Source: Catajapyx aquilonaris (lineage: Eukaryota). Taken from it: a stretch of DNA of 64,000 bases. The translations under genes and the position numbers were made by a program. The notes under the pieces are model-generated. The model saw nothing but the letters and a program-made list of their open reading frames with translations. It was not told the origin of the DNA and did no database searches. Positions 1 through 12,720 of this stretch are shown in pieces. The DNA lies in the NCBI GenBank assembly GCA_000934665.2, contig JYFJ02001673.1, positions 1 through 64,000 on the forward strand. Reading direction: 5' to 3'. How positions within the stretch are numbered: position 1 is the first letter of the stretch; each line of letters opens with the position of its first letter.

Positions 1-1491
1 TATGCGGATCCAACTCGATCCCGGAGTTAACCCCGACTCGCTCTCGACCCGGAGTTACTCAACCCCGCGATCTGAGCAGTCATTATGTATACGGGCCTCG
101 GGGGAAAACCGCACGCAAACTGCTGTAACATCAGTCCTTGAAAAGCCCCCAAAATTGCTATTCTTAACTGAATTTGTAAAAATAACTATGACGCAAAATA
201 GAGCATCGGTTACTTCGCGAATTTAAAAAAAATTTGTACCGGACGTTATTAACTGGAAATTTCCTGCCATAAATAATAACGGCTGGGTATCGGTTCACGA
301 ATAGGCAGAAATAGACGGGCGTTGCGACAATTTAATGACAGGGTTAAGTAATTGGTGCACACGCGCGTAGCCATGCACATTTAAACTGCGGAGATATTAA
401 TTTGGATATGATGAAACTGACCTACATTACCGCGTAACTTTTACTGTCGAGACCTGTGGGCGGAGGGAGAGAAGAAAAATAAAAACAAGACAAGAGAAGA
501 ATTTGTACTTGGTCGTGGTTCGTTAACAAAGTGCGGGGCTCGTCCCTATAACATTCTGGTTAAAAAGGAAAGCGCCCCCGATTAGTGTTCGTTTTTTAAC
601 ACACATCATCGGCGGAGATGAGAAAAAGCGCGGGTGTATAACACACAGGTTCACTTCATTTCACTTGTGCGTGTCTGGGATCATCCCAAACCTACTTCTT
701 GCTCCGGAAGATTCGTTTTTTTGAGTTTTCTCAGCACGACGAAACGACGGTGGGATTCACTCGCGAACCGTAACTGTTACGACCGACCGTGGTGAAAGTG
801 CCATCAGTTGGGGGGCATACCCGCGTAATCAGAGCACTCGCATGAGTATAGCACCTGTATAGGACTGTGCGTTGTTTCGATAAGTTGACGATTTGCTGTT
901 AATATATTCTAAAATTTGCATTTATAAAAATAATTTTCACTTAATAGTTGATTACAATAATTCACTGAACGAAAATATTGTTTGTCAATGAGAAATTTAA
1001 TGGTTGTTACAAAAAAAAATCCTGATACTTGAAGTTCATATTTTCTCTGCAGCTTGTTTTAGAATCAGTGTTGCCATTATTTTATAAATGTCGCATGATA
1101 GATTACTTACAAGCTACAACAATAAAATTATCAATACAGGTATTGGGTCGGCAATTGGCAGTTTTCAAGGCCATTATTTCAGATAAAATGTACCAATTTA
1201 TCGTATACAGTATTGTATTCAAATTCAATTCCATATTATTTTCTGTAACAATCTATTGAAGCTTTTGATGCTTTGAAACCTTGATATCACAGAGTATGTC
1301 ACTGTCTCCCATATTGGAACATCCTCTTTGCGTATATGAATGAGGATCTGGATTCACACGGTCAGCCTCGAAAATACGGGATGGTTTTTGGAGCACGGAA
1401 CCAGGCCTGAACTAATGAAAGTTGAGGTTTTTGTGGCATGCATTTCTTCACTTTTTTTTGCCACCAGAAAAAAATAATAAAAACAGCTCAC

Positions 1492-1610
1492 CTGCTGACA
1501 GCGTAAATCTCCGTGGGCCTGCTCCGTCGTCGTTGTAGCTGCAAGGTGGCCAAGGGGTCGTCGGTGACCACCTCGGGGGCCTTGGGCCTCATGCTCAACC
1601 ACTTCAACAT
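1492..1610 (-). CDS. Putative first coding exon of an unidentified minus-strand gene continuing beyond the window start
   Basis: Exon 1680->1492 is bounded by acceptor TCATTACAG| and donor AG|GTGAGC. ATG at 1610 opens a stop-free frame MLKWLSMRPKAPEVVTDDPLATLQLQRRRSRPTEIYAVS(S/R), ending in phase 2. GC-rich relative to flanks. No homology recognised. Confidence 0.4.
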
Positions 1611-4600
1611 CCTGAGTCCACTGTCTCACAAGCCTTCATGTCGAGCCTCCTCCCTTCTGCCTGCCGTTACCTACATGGTGCTGTAATGACACGAGCCAAA
1701 TGAAGACAAGATAAAAGAAGAAGGGACACACACACACACAAGACTCCGAAGGAAAAGAAAAAAGAAGTTTAGAGCTGGAGTTGTGTAGTTTGAGCCGCAA
1801 ATCCGGGCGACGCCCATTCAATCGCATACTCAACAAAACGACCTCCGCAGAGCACCGCAACCAGTCGCGCACAACTCGGGACTGACTCAACTAGATTTTG
1901 CTTTTTGTACCGTTTTAATTTCCTTTCAATCACCCTTCTCCGGGGGCGCAAGGTTTCAACACTCCCCGTCTGGTTCTTGGGCAAATTCAACCCTAGCCCA
2001 ATTCCTCATTGCTCTCTGCCCGACAACTATCATTTTCATCTACGTGCGGTTATGAAACCTCTGGACGTTCCATGTTGTGTGCATACCTTGAAGACTATTA
2101 TCTGGCCACCAAAACTGAAGGTCCAGGCCACTGGCAATCAACCCGAGTCACGCTTCTAACGGTTCCAAAGGCCTGCTGCTTGGTTGGGACAAGTTCATGG
2201 TCAGTGCTGGATGATGGCAAAGGACGATAAGGTGTTGGCCTGGGGTAGGATCCAACTGGCTTCATTGAAACTGATCACCACGGCCGATTGTTTCACGGTG
2301 CAGAACTATATGCACAGGAGCCATCGACACGTCCAAGGGGGGTGCTCATTATGTGTTATCATTGTAGACACGCATGGGGGAGGACGTGTGATGAACCAAC
2401 AGCAACCTTGGGAGCAGCAACTTGTGTTTTCGGTTTAAATAAACTCGAAGGACGTGTCTTTATGCACATCGTGAAAAACACTCCAGTTCACTATGAATGA
2501 GACGATCGGAGCTTGTACACAACCGCAGGATTTCCTCAGCCCTGGAGCGATTGATCACTCGGGATGATTACTAGCATCCAGCTACCTGCTGTTTTAATTA
2601 TTACGGCCACACCGAGGACGCGCCTGGTTTTTCAATCCCGAACATACCTGCCCATTGTAAAACCGAAAACCTCCAAGGCCGCTGCACCAAATTCCCCGAA
2701 GATGATCAACCCTCCAGGCGAAAGCGACACTTTTGCACTGTTGTTGACAACACCAAAACGGTTGGCCTTCAGGGTTGTTAACGGCCACAAAAGGAACCCT
2801 GGCGGAAGCAGACGATTAGGAAGAATTTACCCGCACGCGAGAGAGAGACTCCTATGCCCGAAAAGAAAGCGAACCTCCTCCTACCTCCACAGGGTCAAAG
2901 ACGGATTCACCACAAAAGTTCCGATGTGCGAAAAGGGCAGGCCTCTACGCGAATGCAGCAAGTGGAGCCGAGCGAAATGTCTGCCAACGCCTTCTTGCTT
3001 TGCCAACACGCTCCAAAGATCCAGCAGCTCCTCCTCTTCGTCACGGGGTCCCAACCGATCGGCCACCAAAAAAAACGACTGAGAATCACTCTCCCATGAA
3101 CAATACGCGTAGGATTTTTTAAAAGCACGTTTGCAATCAGAGAATTTGCATCATTCCATTGACGTGTTCAGTATAACACTCACCTATCCCCACCTAACCT
3201 TGAAATGGCCCCCTCTGGCTTCTGGTTCCAACCCAGCGGAGAAGCAACCGAAATTGGAGAGGTCGCAAACAACCGGAAAAAAAACCCTGCCATCTGCTTC
3301 TATCTTCCAGAAGGAAGAGACCGAGACACAAAAAAGACCGCAAGAGCGCTGTCCAAAAATAACGTCACGGAAAGGCTATTCCGCGAGCGAAAGACATATT
3401 ATCTCCCAAGTGTCACGCCTGCATGAGGACCAGCCCGTGTATGGCGGTCGAAGAACCAACTCTGGACCAAGGAAGATTCATCTCCGGAACAAGCTCCTGG
3501 TCATCACCCTAAGGGGCCTTAATTACTACTTGCCAAAGGGGGAATGGCGCGTTTGGATAACAATATGTGCCAACCCTTGGCTGCTGGACGAACTGGTTTT
3601 TTCGCTTGTTGTTCAGGTGTGCCGGGTGTTTCATCACTGGTTTAAATTGCGGGTTCATTAAGAGGCGGTTTAAAATCGGAATTTTTTGGACAGGTTGGGG
3701 CACGGTTCTACTCTTGCTCGAGGGCCGGTTTGGGTGTGGGTGAGTTGTAAGCCGCGTGATTACAACAGGACCTTGCGGTTGTTTCAAGGTTTTTCAGATC
3801 CGATTGCATAGGCCACTGTTCATGCGGATTCGGTATTGCGTTGGGTGATGGAAAAGTTCCATATAGGCGATTGAAATTTTTTCTTCGGAATAAATTAGTT
3901 TGAAATACACTTCCTTTCGATAAAATACCCCTCGAGTCGTTTTCATTGCTTCAGCACTTGAAATTTGGGCATTATGTCAATGTTTTCAATAACTAAATTC
4001 TTTAGAGTGATTGTTCATACTGCTGAATTCCACGAACAATGTTTGTGTATGGAGAAAATCCCCCGAATCGCGCTCGAGAACGAGCACTGTTTAAAAATGA
4101 TAATGAACTAATTATATAAGCTGAAATAATGAGGACAATATCATACTCATGCCTGTCATGCTCATGGGCCCTCGACCAAGCAAAGGATCATTTTCACGGG
4201 AAAATCTCTAATCTGGGGAACAATATCCTCGTGCATTGTATACCACAGACGAACGCTGCAAAACGTCACTGACCCTGTATAACTCTTACGTTTCGTGCAT
4301 GTTCACCATGTGAAAATAATGTACAGGGTGCAAGGTAAATTAATCCTCCACATTTATTGCATGTGGCCAGGGCAGCCAATCCGCAACAAATGACTTGCAA
4401 GCAGAGCATAGACACTTGATTCTAATCTATCGAGCTCTTATTTGCAGCAGGTAGCCTACATAACTACTGAAAAGTTGGAATAAATAACAAGGCAACTGCA
4501 CTGCAAAATGTTTGCGTAACATCTCGTCATATTCCTTTCCGTGACATGTCAATTTCTCGTGCGAATATAAATCGCAGGTACGCAATCAGCACGATAATCT

Positions 4601-7600
4601 CAGCCGATGTGTCAGTTCGAATATTTCAAAACAATCGTCAACGAACGATGTCTCGTAACCTGCCCATTTTTTCTGTATCAAACAAAACAAACTAGATAAA
4701 CAGTTACATCAGTCAGAACCACCAGCAAAAAAAAAAAGTAACAGTGGTGTCTTCCGAAGACGACATTTTTTTTTATTTCAGTCGCGCCCTTCCTACTTGG
4801 TTGGTCAGCAAAAGTGGGAAGAGTTCCCATAGCATTTGCAACAATCTTCGGGTACCAATCTTCGCTGGCAGAAAAATAACAGCGCGACAAAAGGAGCAGT
4901 GTTAAGTGGACCACGTGAAGCAACACAAAGAGACCACCCACGGGTCAGCTCGGCTGGCCATAACAACCTCCCCGCCACCCACCCACCCACTCCACCCTCA
5001 GAACCCGAGCAGGCTTGTCCCCTGTGACGTAATGGGGACAACTGAAAGGAAAATGCCCCTCAGCCAAAGTAGCCAGCCAGTTGTTGGAGGGAAGAAAACC
5101 GGGGAGGACTCTCCTCCGCATTCCGCCTCCTTCCAACCTTTTTCTCTTCGTACCTGCGAGGTCAAGTTCCTCGTCAAGAATGCCGCTTTGGCAATATTCT
5201 ACTTTTGCAGTTTGTTTCCCTTCAGAACCCGTTGCCACGACCGAATGAAGACAGAAGGATGCCCCTGGGTGTATACGAGAAGAAGAAGAAGAAGAAGGAA
5301 AAAAGGGGGCATCTACCTCGCGGTATACATGGGAGGTCCTTTTTTGAACTATTAGGAACCAATGCTGCGAAACGGACCAGACGCAGAAAATTTGGGTGTT
5401 CCGCACTTTGGAGACTAATATTCAAGCGCAACAATGGATGAATTAAGCCCTAAGGTTTTGACCGCAGTTCACTGAACTCGAACATTCACGTTTCCCGGAA
5501 AAAAGGAACGGGGGAAGAAATAATTACAGATCATTTTTTGATTGAACAATCACTGCACGTGCGAAAATATTGTGCTGGGTTGTTGCTGGCACGAGGCCGG
5601 ATTCTGCCTTGTCAAACCACAGTGACTCACCAAACATATTACGCAGGTGTCGGAGCACACAATAACATATTTTACATTCGTGATTCAATAGGCATTTTGT
5701 CATTACTCAATGCCATTGGCTGTCCTGAAGTATAGTGGGCTATTATTATCGGAGAAGGAGAGAGTCATACCCAAGATGTATCGTTAAAAAAAAGCGTTAC
5801 TCGCATACACGAATGACTACGCAAAAATAGAATCAATAATTAAGCAGAAAACTGGGCAATGAGACGCAGACAATATATAAATTTGGCATGACATTAACTA
5901 ATATTTCGTTACATAGATATATTTCACGCATGTCTTTTTCACTCACATTATGCAGGTTATTAATTTTCATTACGGCAGCCGACAATAGAACGTATCCTCG
6001 ATGTCTTTTGGAGTAATGAGTCCGAAAGTAAGAGTTTCGCAAACGATTCTACAACTTTGATGGTGGTCCTTCTTTTGAATCATCATCCGGTATAATAAAA
6101 TAAGCGAAGCATATCACGATTTTATATATAATGCACCCTTTCTATCCCCATGAAATATGGCAAAATACGCCTAAATGATAGTTTGTAATCCCGACTACTC
6201 CAAGCTCTAGTAATCCGTGAATTACTTGTCCGTGCTCAGCTAATTGCGGGAGAGTAATTTTACGTTATTATCAATGGTCCAAAAGTGGTCAGTGACCCAC
6301 GCGTAAAAAAAAATGGCCCAATAACTAAAAGTTATGGGTTTTCTTCCATGACTGCTAGTACGTAATCTGCACTATCTTCCAGCTTAACTTCAGGGCCGCA
6401 ATTCTTTCCAGTCATTAATACTTATACACATGTAAGAGATAAGACGCCTTTTTAAATGCACAAAGGTCACCGAAGTCAACCACCCAAAAGTGAAGCCGGA
6501 TATAAGATTTTTTTTTTGATCCTTTATAATTATTTTTTTAGCCATCATGCACACGTGCAGCCTTGATATCTGGGAATGACACAGCAGGGTTTACAGATCC
6601 TGCGTCCAAAATCGAAAAATAGGTCAGGAGCGTTTTCCAGGCGGAGATATATCCAGTATTATGCACCGAGACCTCATAAACACATCCTTCCATGGTCAAA
6701 TTATTCTGACGCAAATGCCCACTGCCCTCTATTCGCTTCCGACCAACCCGAAAGGGAAAGTCTATGCTTCTGCCTACTGAAGAGTGTTGCCTTCGGACCA
6801 TTCTCACGCCCCATTGTTAGCACTATTTGGGATTGGATGGCGTAAGAAAAATATGACTTGTCCCTGACCTTTCCCTCTCAGTGAATCGCCAAGTCCCCCT
6901 TTCGCCTGGAACAATTTTTGCCAGTCAGCTTAGGAGCAATTTTCGGACCATCATTGACATGGAATGCAAGATTGCAAATAGGCAAAAATTATTCCCTTCA
7001 ATCATAAAAATCTGACACCGCACCCTGTACAAACGGGCACTTTCTAATATTCGCAACTATATTTTTGCACTAATCTCTGTTTACCAGCGTCGTAATACCG
7101 CCTAACGATTTAAGAGTCACGCTCGGCATTGTTAGCATATTTCATTATTAATCCTCCATTCAGCATGCAGCAAAAAAAATGTGCATAAGGTCGGCATTAC
7201 AATTCGCCTTTTTACAGTCATGCTCTTGAACGGAAATCATCATTATTCTGGTCATTCGGGTTGTAGGCCACTTGACTACGCAAAACTCGATCTTATCCGC
7301 TCAAAAAAATTCTCACCGCGTTATTTTTTAATTGGAGGATCCGTGTTGTTACTCTCACTCGGCAGTATTCTCATGAGCTTTCTGGCTTAAATGATGACCT
7401 TACTACCTTAGATAGAGTAGCAATGATCGATAAGAAGCGTGGCTGGTACGAACTCTATTGTACTTTTGCTGAGCTGCACCTCTCGTCGCCCCAGAGATGT
7501 TTCTCACGAGTTAGAAACAGGTTCACATGAAGGTTACTGTGCAGAGGTCGATTACAAGCTGTCAGTTATAAGTGGGATGAACCGAACAGGACGAGATTCT

Positions 7601-10600
7601 TTCAACTACCGTCATGTCAGAACGTGCGTAACAAAGCACGAGATTTTTTGTGTAATAATTACAGCCGTTTTCTTCCCGATATTGTTGGCGGCAACCTTGT
7701 CTGCGCTGTAAGTCAATAGCCCGGAAAAATATGTTATTTTTCCGTCGCAATCAACATCAGAAAAAAAATAGATAAAAATAAATCGGTGTGTTGGCCGCCC
7801 TTGTTGTCGCGGATTGTCACGATCCCTATATTACCTGTCATGAAATTGCTACTTGGCTGCACGTGTGGCTTTCCAAAAACAAAGGAGTGATTACTGCGGG
7901 ACACGGCCGATAAAAGGAAATCGCAACTGATCGCAACCCACACTTCTCAACAACCCGGTACCGCACTGCAATAAAATTCGAGCGAAGTAAAAATATCAGC
8001 AACCCGTTACCGAACGAAGGTCAATCCGCCATAAAACAATCGGATTTTAAAATGGGTGCAAAAAAATTCAATTTACAAAATAAAAGCGGTCCAGTAGAAA
8101 GCAGGAAGAAACCCGCTCAAGTGATTTTGCAATCTTTAAAAACAATCGACCACTGTTTGAATTGTTAGTGTATTCGAGCAGGAAATTTGCACCTGTGGGA
8201 ACCCTCTATCATCCTTTCTCCATCTTCCCCTTCTCCTTTCGTCAAAAACGTGACGTGAATATTACTGGATACAAATGGAGAGGACCTTGAAAAATATAAT
8301 ATCCGTGATCTCAATTTGACTTGGAGATTTCCAAGTGGGGAAGCCCAAAGGGAATGATGGGGATGGAAGAAGAAGAAGGTAAATAAACACGAGGAAACTC
8401 TTGCTTCCGTCTCACGAAGCTTGGAATCAGTACTTGGGACATAAAAGTGTGTATATACAGTTCGGTCTGATAGTTTCGCATGACACGGGGTTGATTATAT
8501 CACATGACCCCTAGAAAGTGACAGTCCTTTTGTTTCATTCACCACTTGTCGTTTCCGCTGTTCCGGATCAGTTTCTTTTTCGTACACCTCGGGCCCTATA
8601 ATAACAGATCTCATTACTCAAAAAAGATGCTTCGGTTATTGGAAAGCTTCTAAATTACTTGGACGTGACGTGAATACTGTCGCAATTGCAACATATTACA
8701 CAGGGTGGATCAGTCCTGTTTCCATTACTCAAATTTTTACATCATTCGCCCTGAAGGCCGAATAACTCGAACTTTTTAACATGTTCTCGTGATAAGGCTA
8801 ATAGGATGTTTAACTGCCGCTTTTTCCAACCCTGCTATTGGCCAAGATTCAATCCATTGTCGTGTTTGCTGCTCTTCACAAAGGAGCATTAAAATCTCAT
8901 CTTAACCAGCGCGTTTTATCGAGCACTTGTTATTCGCATAATCTTTACAAAAAGGGCAGTTGAGCAATGTCGTCAAAGGAATGTCCCGGCGCTGCAAGTA
9001 CCGTTGTATCGCAACAATCTCCGGGCCTACTATTTTTCCGTGTTTAGTCACGGTCAATTATACATTTCAAGACTGTGTTCCCCCGGTGGAAACAGGTCCG
9101 TAAAAACGATGACGGAACAATTGCAGTGACTATGTACATTTTAGTACTTGCACTTTCTACCCCCACTCCACAGCAGGTCCCCCTCAGGGGGTCCAAACCC
9201 AGAAAAGACTCCTTTCTATCCGCTAATAGCCCAGCCCTAGCCTGAAGCTATAGTTACATAAGACCCCTTCATTTCTCCGGCCTCTCCTTAGTTATTTCTT
9301 TTTCCTTCCCTCAACAAACACTGCGCCATGGATTGGTCTTCGAGGCCATGGATGCGACCTTCTCAAGGCAGCCCACCTCATCTCCTCAATGGTAGCCCTA
9401 TGTCGCTCCCCAAAAATTTTTATACCCCGTGACCTTCCAGGACCTATCATCGGTACTTAGGAGATGGGGCACCTATCTGATGATTCATCTGGAGCCTCGC
9501 CCAGATAATGTTTCCGGATTGATGTCGTAAAGTTATCAAGGGAGCTGGACATGGCCACTCGAGAACCTATAAATGAATCACGACTGGTTCTGCGGTATTT
9601 ATTGTTGTGGAAAACGCGCAATCTGATCGGCACGGTTTTTCTGGCCAGAATCTATAGCACGCGGATCTGGCGATGACATCCTTAAGAGGCATTATGTAAC
9701 GCTTTTCGGTTTAATGCTGCTGGCAATACCGGCTACAGGTCAGAAGAGTCAGGCTTCTGAATAATTGGAAATTGAATCCCCGCGGTGTTGCAATGAACGT
9801 AATTACATGAAATGTGCCATTAGGCCAGATAGGCCATAAACTCGGCTGCACGACATTCACACGAGCTACTGTTGCCTAAAACGTGTCCTATTGTGCTGCA
9901 ACCTACGGGTCTTACGTGGTCGTATAATTTTTAAAAAACAAACATACATCTGCACTTTATGTATAATACAATCCTATGCAGCAATTTTCGGTTGTACCAA
10001 TACAGTATTCACGAATGAATTTTTCAGCCGAAATGGCCTCGTAATCAATTTTTATGACCCGAAAATAGCTTATATATTTTCTCATTAAAATTCTCCCCTA
10101 GACTCAGAAGGTTAAACCACGTGTTAATCCATGCTGCTTGGCTCAGGGCAGAATCGCCTACAATGCATTCAACACTTACGTTTTTAAAGTTTAAAATAAA
10201 AAAAACATACAATCACAAAACCTTCCTACAAGTGATATTCACAAACCTTTACAAGCTGTTCATCACGTTTAGACGTGTACTACCCTGTACGAGTGTACGT
10301 GCTGTTATTATCTAAAATATGTAACCTACAACTCACATTTTTCAGTCCGGTTTTGACTCTGACCTCCTCAACACGCGGCTGCATGAAATATTAATTGTTG
10401 CCTTCATGCCCGATCTGAACTGACCCCGGCATTATCCGCAACACTAGATGCACGCTACCAAATCCGCCTACAAGACAGCCCTTTCGATATTTTGCGGAAT
10501 TCGAGCCGTCAAGGATAGCACCCGCCACTATACGTCCATGAATAATCCCACAACACATATGCCAGCAGATCCCCATCAAAAAGCATCCGATTCCCGTTAG

Positions 10601-10937
10601 CTAACCATTACAATAGGCGGCCATGAGCGCCGAATCTAGAATAGACGGTCACCTCGGATGACACTCACGACCTTCCCGATGCGCCTGGTCCATGACGACC
10701 ACCAGAAGACACAGCCTCCTCAGCGATGAAAATGCAAAAAAATAATTATTAAAAACTCCCGCTCCGCCTGCCAACCAGCAGCACACTAACAAACGAAGCC
10801 ATGCAGGCCTGGTTCAGGTTGAAGCCCCCACCGACCCTTCCACCAACCACCAACTCTCCCATATGAACCACCTACCGGCGAGGTAAAAAGGAAAGACGAA
10901 AAAAAACAACAACCCTATATAAATTGTGTGGGCTCAC

Positions 10938-10946
10938 CTGTTCCAC
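10938..10946 (-). other. Candidate 9-nt microexon (GTGGAACAG)
   Basis: Minus strand reads TGTTTTTTTTTCTTCGTTCGTGTCCTCTAAGCAG|GTGGAACAG|GTGAGCCC: long pyrimidine tract, CAG acceptor, 9 nt, near-consensus donor. Confidence 0.35.
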
Positions 10947-12546
10947 CTGCTTAGAGGACACGAACGAAGAAAAAAAAACAAGAGATGGAGTTGTGCCGAT
11001 CTTTTCTCGCGGGATTTTTGCGGTGACAGAAGTTTTGGAGGTCTTTGGCCATGCTATTTTCCAAATTAGTCACGGAGGGGAAAGCAAAAATGCTGACTAC
11101 CTTGTTTAACTCTGAAGGGGTTTATTGTTAGATGTGGGAAATGAAAAGAGTACGAGAATGCATTTCAATTAATCACAAGCGGCGCCCCATTCATCATGGT
11201 TGGATGGAATTTTCCGAGAGAGTGATTTAAGTTGAGCGTAAGACAATGCGTAATTATTGCAAACTTTTATGCTGCCAGGTATACATGTGGTTATTGAACT
11301 CAAAATTACATACGTGAAACATGTTACGCCAACAATCGGTCACATTGTCATCGAAATTGAACACGCCTTAGGGGCACTAAATCATCGTGTCACTAACTGA
11401 AGAGGAATGTCACTTTCTTCAAATCAAGATTCACTTCCCATGCCGATTTTACTGCACTAATAACATCGACCAAACCGCAATGCAAATCAAACCTTTACTT
11501 TCCATCCAGCCTACTTTGGCAGATGTTGCGAACACAAAGCGCAATACGACGCCCAAGTGTCTCAATAAAAAAGAACGACACCTCTTTTCTATATACGAGC
11601 GGATCTTACGCACTTACAACTTCCACTTCGTGAGCACAGCCCCAGAAAAGTAGGCCGCGCTTACAAAACTGTACAACTCAGATTTTGAACCATTTACGCA
11701 CATTTCCTTTTTGTTAGCAAAATATCAGCTTTGATGCCGATTTTTGCGGATTGTTGCAAATTTTTCTTTTGGCAAAAACAGTCCCACACGCCTGCCCTTG
11801 ACTCCAACTTTAACCACACTTCACCTTCTTAGTAGAATTGGGGTCATCCCAAGCAATGTTCTCTCACATTTCTTCCAGCAATTCCACATATTTTCTCACA
11901 CACAGACTATTAGCCCTTTCACCCGCTCCATCCAGGCCGTAATTACACCTCCGCAAGCTTTTCGGGATGAACTCAAACCCTGCCCATCATCACGTACGCG
12001 TCACGACAAGGACATGCCAGCTTGCAGGGGACATATCCTGGACTGATGCGACAACCATTGTTCTAGCCATAACTTAGTCAAGGGCCGAGTTTGTTTGCCT
12101 GCACATACATTCATTTATTGCCTCACGATCTATTGTGTGCAGGTCGCGTCTGGGGCCCCATCCATAGATCTGCAGGCACATCTGGTTATGTCGGAAGCGA
12201 ATTGCACATATACCACACATACGCAATTAGACGTTCCCAACTCCAAAATAATTCAGATACACACCACCCTGTAGATGCCACACACTGAGCTCAAGTTGTT
12301 CCACTTATTGAAAGTTGTATTGCATTTCGTCCTGCACCAGACCTCATTTTTTATGAGCACCCCCGAAAAGACTTACACAACTTGAACCACGTGTGCGCCA
12401 AGTATTGCGTGCAGGAACAAAGTCAAGAAGCCGGGACCTTTACCTGCGACCAGTTTCCAACACCGATCCGCACGTAAAAAAATTATTCAAAACCGGACAA
12501 ACGGGACCTATTCAGGAGAAAAAGTGATGAAAATCAGTGTACTCAC

Positions 12547-12720
12547 AATCTGTCCGCGGTGCAAACATACACACACACTGAAACACACACCCACGCACGT
12601 GTAGTCTCTCACCATGTGTGCAACCAACTCAAGAGGACCATTCCCTGCGAAAGGCCAAGATTGAATGGGAGCTTGGGGAGACTTCTCGAGAAAAAAAAAG
12701 AGCAGACTCGTGTCCGTCAC
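12547..12720 (-). other. Candidate 5' (probably non-coding) exon of the minus-strand gene in 1-13 kb
   Basis: Consensus donor ATT|GTGAGT at 12546 and a second donor ATG|GTGAGA at 12612. GT-repeat-rich leader-like sequence at the edge of the CpG-rich zone. 5' boundary is a guess. Confidence 0.25.

Noticed and set aside
1..98. End of a MITE (sub-repeat CCCGGAGTTA, terminus ...TGTATACGGGCC)
   Set aside because: The partner TIR would lie outside the window, so it cannot be confirmed.
2000..3800. ORFs of 172 and 176 aa as protein-coding genes
   Set aside because: No recognisable domain or splice-consistent structure; more likely decayed retroelement or chance ORFs.
9200..12300. LINE ORF1/endonuclease fragments (9200-9600, 10330-10600, 11800-12300)
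   Set aside because: Only faint motif echoes; too decayed to support without a database search.
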